Assembly: GCF_000143415.4 (NCBI RefSeq)
Contig: NW_003314536.1
Span: 1 to 15,096, forward strand
Reading direction: 5' to 3'
DNA length: 15,096 nt
From: Selaginella moellendorffii
Taxonomy: Eukaryota > Plantae > Lycopodiophyta
The notes below the pieces were generated by a model. It had not been told where the DNA came from, did no database searches, and saw only the letters and a program-made list of their open reading frames with translations. Position numbers and translations under genes: made by a program. Below are positions 1 to 7,860 of this stretch, piece after piece; positions within the stretch are counted from its first letter, which is position 1; every line of letters begins with the position of its first letter.

Positions 1-376
1 GTATGCCGACAATGATTACATCCTTTGGTACGCTCGATTAAATAGTACCTGGAACCAAAGTCGAGGAACTTTACTGGTTGCCAAACTCTTCGATGCAATC
101 GTCTAGATCTCAAGTTCTAGAAATCATTCAAAGGTATCTATCTACCTGCATATTCCGATGATCGCAAACCACAGTACTCCAGGCTCCGTAAGAATGCATT
201 TCGTTTGCCTGGCTGATTGAAACACACCACTGTCAGAGCTACAAAGGAAAGAAATTCATGAACTCCATAATTCCACCTGGAAGATGTTGCGAGGGATGAA
301 TTGGATACGCCACAACGATTTCCTTGGGAAAATTCCAGCGGAAATCGCTTCTCTTGAGCAGCACAGGCTGCGGCAT
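1..376 (-). CDS. Tentative spliced host CDS (exons 376-309, 238-146, 48-<1), unknown product, continues off the left edge
   Basis: On the minus strand, ATG at 376 and two GT-AG introns (308-239, 70 nt, acceptor tttctttcctttgtag; 145-49, 97 nt, donor CAG|gtagat, acceptor tttggttccag) join into one open frame: MPQPVLLKRSDFRWNFPKEIVVASDSGVFQSARQTKCILTEPGVLWFAIIGICRYYLIERTKGCNHCRH. No family recognised; the exons could be non-coding leader. Confidence 0.25.
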
Positions 377-547
377 TTCGACAATCAGGAATCCTCCGCG
401 CTCTGGATGGAAATCGCCTGTGCTGTAGCGGCGGCACTGCAGTCCCTAATCCAGAATCCGAGCTGAGAGAGGAGTATCGGAGATGCGCGGCATACGTTCA
501 GCGTACTGGCGCGTGGTGACGCCAGTGCTCAGCCTCACCATAGCCTG

Positions 548-586
548 AAACCCTAAATTTCCAGCCCGTTAAACCCTAAACCCAAA
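548..586. promoter_or_regulatory. Telo-box motifs (AAACCCTAA x2 plus one degenerate copy)
   Basis: AAACCCTAA at 548-556 and 571-579, and AAACCCAAA at 578-586. Plant telo-boxes are known from the 5' regions of genes; function here is inferred. Confidence 0.55.
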
Positions 587-680
587 CATGATAGATAAGT
601 TAACTTTAATAAAAAGTGTTACGCTTTAATACAAAAGACAAGAATATTCTCCTTCCTGGCCTGGGACTCTCTTGGACATC

Positions 681-749
681 CTGCGAGAAAGAGGCAAAAA
701 GAAAAGAAGAAGAAGCGTGAGATAGCCGATCAAATGAGAGTATACTTAC
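681..749 (-). other. Probable short spliceosomal intron (69 nt) of a minus-strand transcript
   Basis: Consensus donor AT|gtaagt at 749 and a long polypyrimidine tract cttcttcttcttttctttttgcctctttctcgcag| ending at 681. Splicing gives a 28-aa ORF from ATG 781 to TAA 628-626 (MEEAEGSDRAMMSKRVPGQEGEYSCLLY). Confidence 0.55.
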
Positions 750-953
750 ATTGCCCTATCGCTTCCCTCTGCCTCCTCCATAGTGATCGAAGCTCCAAAA
801 TCCCAGGAGCTCGAAACAAAGTAGCGCCAGAGAGCTCTCTTGCAAGAGCCCAGCGAGCTCAAAGTCCCTGCCTTTCTAGCTCAAGCATCCGATTCCTGCT
901 TTCTCGGCCTTTCAAGCTCTTGGAGCAACGATTCTGCATTTGCTGTCACAGTC

Positions 954-959
954 TTTATA
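954..959 (-). promoter_or_regulatory. Candidate TATA box for the minus-strand transcript
   Basis: The minus strand reads gcaTATAAAgac, about 170 nt upstream of ATG 781. Motif match only. Confidence 0.3.
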
Positions 960-1081
960 TGCCAGAGTTGAGAGCCCTCAGGCTGAGACGGATGAGATGG
1001 CCATATCTCCAAAGCAAGATGAGGGCAAGGCCGACGTTCATAGCACTGACAAGGAAAACCGAGCAGTAATTATGCAAGAAA

Positions 1082-1340
1082 ATGGTAAGCATGGCTCCAA
1101 TGCGTTTGGAGGCTTGCGGAAAAGAAGGCCAGCACAGTGAAAACGGCAACATAAACAAAGTATTATATGCACGAGGGCAGGGCTCGTTTCTTTCTTTCCA
1201 GTATATTGGACTTCTTTCAAATAAAAAGTCACATCTTAGATCTGGAAACAAGGTTTTGATACATGCCCAGGCTGATAAGACTCGATTTCAGGACCAGTGG
1301 AAAATTCTTGTTGTGAATCGATTTAATACTATTGACATAG
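1082..1340 (+). CDS. Tentative 5' coding exon(s) of a plus-strand host gene, unknown product
   Basis: Open frame from ATG 1082 to donor AG|gtgcat at 1341, after which the sequence becomes AT-rich and intron-like. A possible in-frame 117-nt intron lies at 1085-1201 (ATG|gtaagc ... ctcgtttctttctttccag). The peptide ends YIGLLSNKKSHLRSGNKVLIHAQADKTRFQDQWKILVVNRFNTIDI-G. Confidence 0.35.
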
Positions 1341-1439
1341 GTGCATTATACCTTCTCGGATCAATGGTATTCTCTCCTTTAATATACATAACTACATCAT
1401 ATATTCTTGGATTTCCATCTACATCTGTATTTGTATTTT

Positions 1440-1616
1440 NNNNNNNNNNNNNNNNNNNNNNNNNNNNNNNNNNNNNNNNNNNNNNNNNNNNNNNNNNNNN
1501 NNNNNNNNNNNNNNNNNNNNNNNNNNNNNNNNNNNNNNNNNNNNNNNNNNNNNNNNNNNNNNNNNNNNNNNNNNNNNNNNNNNNNNNNNNNNNNNNNNNN
1601 NNNNNNNNNNNNNNNN
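1440..1616. other. Assembly gap (177 N)
   Basis: Run of N. The ORFs listed across it (1082..1822, 1288..1671, 1407..1667) are inflated by the gap. Confidence 0.99.
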
Positions 1617-1817
1617 TGGTCCTCTTGTGTCCTTTTTCTAGAGACTCACTTATTATTTCTTCCTTGAGCACTTCATTAAGAGTTGCACTCTTGCTCTCAA
1701 CTTTTCAAGTTAGCATTTTAGTCCAAATGTGTTACTCTTGTTTGGTTTCCATTTTAGCCATTACCACGTGGCACCCTTTTGGCTCCACTTTTGGGGCTCT
1801 AGGATTTGTGTCTCACA
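1617..1817 (-). mobile_element. 5' end of an LTR (minus strand) running into the gap; same family as the LTR starting at 2431
   Basis: The reverse complement starts TGTGAGACACAAATCCTAGAGCCCCAAAAGTGGAGCCAAAAGG and aligns with 2431 TGTAAGATATAAATCTCTAAGCCCCAAAATGGAGCCAAAAGG. An exact 15-mer GAAGTGCTCAAGGAA is shared (1660-1674 rc vs 2561-2575). Similarity begins at a TG in both copies. Confidence 0.7.
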
Positions 1818-2430
1818 AATAGGTGGAAATTGTTATTTTATTCAAGTGATACATTCGCAAATATTTTATTTATCAATTGATGATATTGTATTTTTTGAGC
1901 TGTCTTTTGTAAGTTTTACAATCATTGATAATTAAGCTTTATTATTGAGTTCTCTTGATAATATACTTGCTATTGAAATTTTTTGGATAGTTAGTACTAT
2001 AATTTTAACCTTTAATGATTTTAGTGGTTTCTATACATTAATTCTAGTTGATCAGATGATAACTTAATTAGAATACTTTTGTTTTCTAATCTGAGAGTTA
2101 TTCAATGATAATTTAGTCTTTAAAATATCATTATCTCTAACTTTGTTATTATCCATTTATTGATCTTTATGTATGGGCCAATATAGGTAGACTGACTTCA
2201 ACACTTTATGTGTATAGTGAAATCTTTAGTCATGGGGTAGCTATTGTAAACTCATCACATCACCCACCTTTCTCTCTTGATGTTTGTTATTTTATATAAA
2301 GGGTGTGATTGTGTAAACAATTCTAACTGCCTATTTACAATAATCTATCTAAACCTTATCAGCAATTTTAGTTTATTTGCTCATGAGTGTTAAGCCACTA
2401 GCTTCTCTGTCTATATAACATATAGATAGG

Positions 2431-3834
2431 TGTAAGATATAAATCTCTAAGCCCCAAAATGGAGCCAAAAGGAGGCCATGTGGTAGTAGCCAAAGCAAAA
2501 GTTCAATGAGTGTAACACGTTTGAACCAAAAGCTTCAATTCCTAAACTGGAATTCCTAAAGAAGTGCTCAAGGAACGAGTATGAAATGATTACTGAATGA
2601 GTTTCTACAAAGGGACATAAGAGGGACTAACACATGGCAAGTATTGTGACACATGAAAGTGTCGAGGCTGAGTTCGAGATGGAGTTCGAGAAGTAGTTTA
2701 AGATGGAGTCTGACAACAAGTTCAAAATGGAGTCTAAGATGGAGTCTGACAAAGAGTCAAAGAAGGAGTCTGAGATGGAGGCTAAGATTGGGTCCGAGAT
2801 CAAGAGCAAGACTAAGTTCAGGTCCGAGTCCAAATACTAATACAGGTCAAGGTGTGAAAGCTGAAAGCAATCATCCCCTAGGATAGGGGGGATGCAAGGG
2901 TCCAAAAGTATAGTAAAGAGAGTGTGGGGGTTGGACTTTAGTGGAATTAGTTTGACTAGGAAAGGCCAGTGTGTATGTCCATGTGTTCGGGTGCTAATAT
3001 ATCCACTAAAGAGTCCAAAACTAAAGTGAATACAGACAAATAAGTTGGGAAGCTTGTGAAGTGTTCAAGAGCCAACTCTAGTTCCCCCAGGAGATCAAAT
3101 GGTTAATGCTCATAGACCAAGCGTAAGTGGCACTACCTACTTGGATATCTAGTATGGCTCAACGAAACCTTGCTCTAAACCCATGGCTAGAGCACCCAAA
3201 GGCAGAAGGTGGGGAGAGTACCCATGAGGCTCGCGTAGGGCCACGGTGTTCCAAACTATTATCATAAAATCCTAGATTGTGGAAAGGAAGATGAGTAGTC
3301 CTCTGGTGTAATGACCAAGGATACAGTCACATGGTGAGGAAGTCTCAAAGGACAATGGGACTTGGTGGTCGAGTCTGCAAGCCTTAACTTAGTGGTAGTG
3401 TTGGCAAACATGGCCATAGACAAAAAAGGACTTGGTGGGGAATAAAAAAGGGATATTGGGGAAGGCTATTCCCTATGTTTATAGGCATCTTAAGGATGCT
3501 AAGAAATGGATCTGAGATGATCACTATTGGATGGATAGCCCAGTCTTTGAGAGATGGGACTGTGATATAGATGGTGTTGGATCACCGGTATGACAAAAGT
3601 GAATGGATATGGTTTTAGTGTAATGGGTTGATATGTCAGTAGTACCTTTGAGTGTTGGTCATGGGATCAGACACGTGGAACACTTGGACCAAATGCAAAA
3701 GTTAAGTGGCATGAATGCCATTTTGGGGGTTATCAAGCCCGAAGTCTGGAATAGGATTTATGAAGGTTATAAGTGAAACTCCTCCAAGTGGTGGCTAAGT
3801 GACTAAAGTAGAATGGAAAGTTTAGTCATTTACA
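2431..3834 (+). repeat. Putative 5' LTR of the old element (~1.4 kb)
   Basis: Terminal inverted TGTAA...TTACA. The start is defined by homology to the 1617-1817 copy, and the end is followed after 3 nt by a PBS. Confidence 0.55.
2670..2837 (+). repeat. Degenerate 12-bp tandem repeat (~14 units, consensus GAGTCTGAGATG) within the LTR
   Basis: Units in register: GAGTTCGAGATG, GAGTTCGAGAAG, TAGTTTAAGATG, GAGTCTGACAAC, AAGTTCAAAATG, GAGTCTAAGATG, GAGTCTGACAAA, GAGTCAAAGAAG, GAGTCTGAGATG, GAGGCTAAGATT, GGGTCCGAGATC and further decayed copies. Confidence 0.85.
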
Positions 3835-3837
3835 ATT

Positions 3838-3848
3838 TGGTATCAAAG
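3838..3848 (+). promoter_or_regulatory. Primer-binding site (tRNA-iMet type, 1 mismatch) of the old element
   Basis: ...TTACA att TGGTATCAAAG, compared with the canonical plant TGGTATCAGAG(C). Confidence 0.75.
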
Positions 3849-4694
3849 TTGTTCTTTAGTTTGACTCTTATTGGTGGCCAAGTATATCATCCCTTATATT
3901 AGCATCAAAAAGTTCTAGGATTGGGCCTATCCTCGAGAAGTAGTATGTTAGGAGGATGTAACTTTCCACTCTAGTTCATGTGTGAATTTGTACGCAATGT
4001 GGTGGATAGAAAGAGGTCAATAAGGGAATGACTTTAGGATCTTGGGAACAATATAAGTTTTCCTCAAAGAATTGAGGATGTGATCCAGATAACCATTTGA
4101 CTTAACAAACTAACTAATGTAGTTGTGGTAAACAACTATAGTTGGGATCACGACTCCAAAACAATAAAGGAGTCATAAAATTATCCTCATATAGTTAGGG
4201 CTGAATTTGAGACTAGAGTTAATGATTGTAAAAGGTTAAATATGGAAGAGGAAACAAGTCCTTGAAATGATAGTTGTGACTACCTTTTATAAATGCTGGA
4301 ACAAACCCAAGGAATTAAGGGTGTACTTAGAGGATGAGTCGGTATTATCACCATATGGATGGATAGTCCTAAGGGGCAAAGGTAGCCTACAGGGAATGAA
4401 AAAATAATCAAGTGTCAAAATAACACTTACAAAGGTGGTTCTTGTGAGTAGGATATGAATATAAAAAGTTGTATTCTAATAAAGTAGCACTCAAAAATAA
4501 CCGTGAGGCTAGGACCTTATGGGTCATCGAATTAACAAAGTCCAAAAAGCTGAACGACTCGAGTGGAGTCAAGAAATGATCCTAAAAAACTGGTGCTATT
4601 CTCATAGTTAGATCTTATGATCCTCCCTATCCTTCGTAGGGTGCAACACACCTGAGTCCAAATGCTTTTCTCATTGATGGTAAAATGTGTCATA

Positions 4695-5375
4695 CTAAAG
4701 TCTGGGAAAAGTGTTTTTGGAAGAAAGCAACTTTGGCATAGAGTTGCGTATGAATACTATGGTGCGGTGTTAATTGATAGTTAGCATGAGAAACAACTAC
4801 TTTGGTCTTGGCAAAAATCTAGACACAAGTGGGAAGTGGGAAGTGTCGTAAAGATAGGCTTGTAAAGCCGATGGTGTGGAGATATCAAATGTGCCAAGGT
4901 ATGATGTCTTGAGGTCAAGTTAATGGGTTCATGAGAACCTTTTGCCAAAGGAATCTCAATAAAAATAAGAATTGCATACCCTAAGCTAAAAGGTATGCAG
5001 TTAGAGTGTGGTGACCCAAATAATGAAAAAAGTGTGGAAACACTAGTAATGAATTGTAAGACTTGATAATTATGAGACAACTAAGCAAAAGGTGCAAAAT
5101 AATTGATTGGATTGGTAGAAGTTAACTACCCAAGACTTCTTATGGGGATAAAGAGGTTAAATATACCCCTTCGAGGGATAAATTGCTTATGTTTAGATAT
5201 AGTCAAGAGGAGAATAACTAAAGGGAAAGCATAGTGCCACAAATAAGTAGGGAAGGTGAAATATTCCTATGGTTCGTGTTAGAGATCTTGTTTTTGTGTG
5301 AGTGATCTTTACAACCATTGGTATAGTATCTCTATGGCAAAAAACATAGCAGTAAAAGGAGCAACTGTGGGTCAT
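4695..5375 (+). pseudogene. Heavily deleted pol remnants of the old element (RT C-terminus, RNase H trace, integrase pieces)
   Basis: LKSGKSVFGRKQ at 4695-4730 (cf. LK.SKC.FG), GAVL at 4761-4772, LGLVEVNY near 5108, VRDLVFV*V near 5277-5303, then HWYSISM and KEQLWV immediately before the nested insertion. Confidence 0.6.
5371..5375. repeat. 5-bp target-site duplication GTCAT (left copy)
   Basis: GTCAT immediately precedes TG at 5376 and immediately follows CA at 12672. Confidence 0.95.
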
Positions 5376-6520
5376 TGTAGCGCACGTGGTTTTGACCCTT
5401 TATCCTATGGTGATTTACCATAGGATAACACCACGAAGCGGAACCTAAACCCTCTTTGTGCCACGTGACAGATGCCACGTGTCACATACCACATGTCCGT
5501 GCCACGTGTCCATAGGAACCCGAGGTTCAGGGCCTTGGGCCACTGAACAAAGGAACGGTGCCAAACTCCCAAGCGTGATGCCAAGGAGTGATGGAACTGG
5601 ACCACGGAGCAACTCCCGAGCATATAGCCCAAGGAGCAAAGGGACGGGGGCCCGGAGCGACTTGGAACAGTCCTAGAGCAACCAGCATCCCAATGCCAGG
5701 ACCAGCACGCAAAACGGAGCCAAACAGAGTCTGGCACTATTTCGGCATACCGGTGGCCTAACGCGAGGATATGGGTACTCCACCAACTAGCATGGAATGG
5801 AACTTGGGCTTAGACCCAAGCCGGACGCAGAACAAGGACAGGCACGCAAGCGGGAGCTAGACTATGCCTCAGGTTGGTCGGCCATGCCCGACCTACCCAC
5901 TATCCCTACTATACATTTGGAACCCCCCACAGCCCCCCCCCCTTGAGGAACACACGCTTTGGGCTTTCACCCCAAGCCTCCCTTAGTATCAGGAGTTAGT
6001 CTCTGGAACAAGCTCGAAACTTACTAAATATGGAATGTCCTTAGATTGCGAATTTGGACACGGGACGAACACCATTGTGTTCAAGCCGATCTCCACATTC
6101 CGTAGATATGCCAAATGAGCAAATCTGGACACTTTCCATAAATAGTATTTGGGACCGAAATGAGACTAACACAAAGGGCATGATAGCGAGGGTGTTTGGC
6201 AGACACGGTAAGCTATCATCTAGCGATGTTGAGGGACCAATCTCAATATCGCGGGGGTTCTTGATACTAGCAAGTGCAAGCTAATGACTCAAGTTTCTCA
6301 AACCAGGCCGAGTATGCTCAGCAAGAAACACATAGGGTTCCTACCTTATGTTTATCCAATCTAAGTGCATGGTCATTGACCAGTTTCTCAACTAGCTCAA
6401 GTGGGAAACTGATAACGGGTCCAACAATACCGACCTCCTGCCATCGTGGCAGTAAGGTAAGAGTGTCCGTAAGGACTAGCTGACAGGTAACTTTCGATAC
6501 CCGAAGTCACATGCGCGACA
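5376..6520 (-). repeat. 3' LTR of the young element
   Basis: TGTAGCGCACGTG...CACATGCGCGACA, a direct repeat of 11527-12672, adjacent to the PPT. Confidence 0.97.
5459..5511. promoter_or_regulatory. Tandem G-box/ABRE-like motif cluster in the LTR (second copy at 11610-11662)
   Basis: CACGTG at 5462, 5476 and 5503 and CACATG at 5490, at a 13-14 bp period. Two copies are GCCACGTGTC. Confidence 0.55.
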
Positions 6521-6533
6521 CTCTCCCCCCCTT
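6521..6533 (-). promoter_or_regulatory. Polypurine tract of the young element
   Basis: The minus strand reads AAGGGGGGGAGAG directly before the TG of the 3' LTR. Confidence 0.92.
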
Positions 6534-7860
6534 GGGAAGATCGACGTCCTCGTCGATGCATACTCCAGTCTAGAATACCGCCAAGGAAACAACTCCAAAA
6601 AAAAGTTCACGGTACTCACACTATGTGAGAAATGCACCAACTTAAATGAGTTAAGGGGGCAACCTCTTTGTCTAACGCGGATGCGCTACCAGCTCAGACA
6701 CCTTCCGGCCGTCGCCGACAAGGAAATGACCAACAGAATCAGCCACCCTTGCTGCTCTGGGTGTCACCCAGCTACAAAAGTGTGATATGCCCTGCCCGCA
6801 GAGACATAGAGAGAGAAGCCAGAGGCCCCAACCTTCCTGAGCAAAGAAACCAAACCCGTCGGTAAGGTTTAGATAGACTACTGTCAACAGGCAGTTTAGA
6901 GTTGTTTACACGGTCACGCCCTTTCACGGAACAAGGAACATCGACAGAGAGGCGGGTTATGTGACCAGTCGACAATAGCTACCCCATGACTAAAGATTTC
7001 ACCATGCACACGAAGTGCCGAAGCCAGTCTGCCTATACTGGCCCAAACTCAAAGATCAATATATATGGACATATCAAAGTCATAAACAATGATATCTTAG
7101 AGATTTAATTATCAGTGAATAAAGCTTAGATTAGAACACAAAAGTATTCCAAGTAAGTTATCATCCGATAAACTAGTATTATAGTATAAGAACCACCAAG
7201 ATCAGCATAATTGGTAAACATAGGATGCACCATTAAACAAAATTCAATAGCAAGTATATCATTAAGTAAACTCAATGATAAAATTTAACTATTAAAGATT
7301 GCAGATAGCATGCCAAACAACTCACAAAACACAACTCAAAGAACACAAAGTATCATTGACTAACAAGCACAATGCTCGCGAATGTATCACCCGAAGGAAA
7401 TAACATCCAAATCTATCAAAACTAACTCGAGCAACAATCAACAGAAGAGAATGAATGTGGTAAGACCAACAAACACTCATGCCTGCTAACTATCACAAAA
7501 GCCAATCTGAATAGATCCCAGCCAACAATACCAAGGAACTCAAGTTGCCTAAGCAAATGTTAGCAACATCCTACTGATGTCTTAAACCCAAGAGACCAAT
7601 CCAGAGCAAACCACAAAGAACATGTGGTATTGCAAAAAGCCAAAAGCCATCAAAGAGAACAACCAACTATCATGAAAGATCGTCAATTAGCCCATCAATG
7701 TAGTGATGTATAATCATCGTTGAAGAAAGAATCTACCATCCCGAAGAATAGCAAATAATTCCAAACCAACAATAATCAAGCAAAACTTGTGATAAGGACA
7801 ATCAACTACCCTAGATGATAGTCAATCATCACCAATGATTGCCAGATGCAAAAACTAACT

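Noticed and set aside
1-376. Resemblance of LKRSDF..FPK to GH1 beta-glucosidase and of IERTKGCNH to RBR ligases
   Set aside because: Short, mutually incompatible matches that lack the diagnostic flanking residues.
548-586. Telomere or interstitial telomeric array
   Set aside because: Only 2-3 dispersed units near gene 5' regions, better explained as telo-boxes.
1290-1340. Resemblance of WKILVVNRFNT to ClpS, or of the exon to a myosin TH1 domain
   Set aside because: Only a few residues match and the conserved downstream motifs are absent, so no name was assigned.
1082-1822. 246-aa ORF and the overlapping 127-aa and 86-aa ORFs
   Set aside because: They read through 177 Ns, and the right-hand part is LTR sequence.
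2240-2345. Possible MITE (ATTGTAAA...TTTACAAT with an inner ATCAC..GTGAT)
   Set aside because: The inverted matches are short, in AT-rich DNA, and there is no TSD.
2627-2886. Repetitive Ser/Leu/Arg-rich ORFs, or a CRISPR-like array
   Set aside because: By-products of a 12-bp tandem repeat with no unique spacers, in a eukaryotic context.
5405-6483. Short ORFs in the LTRs duplicated at 11556-12635
   Set aside because: Their duplication simply reflects LTR identity. They overlap in several frames of GC-rich DNA and show no recognisable domain.
5376-6520. Retrozyme (hammerhead ribozyme) or Cassandra-type 5S rRNA domain in the LTR
   Set aside because: No CTGANGA hammerhead core was seen on either strand and there is no 5S box A/C sequence. 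The LTR and the element are also much longer than those classes.
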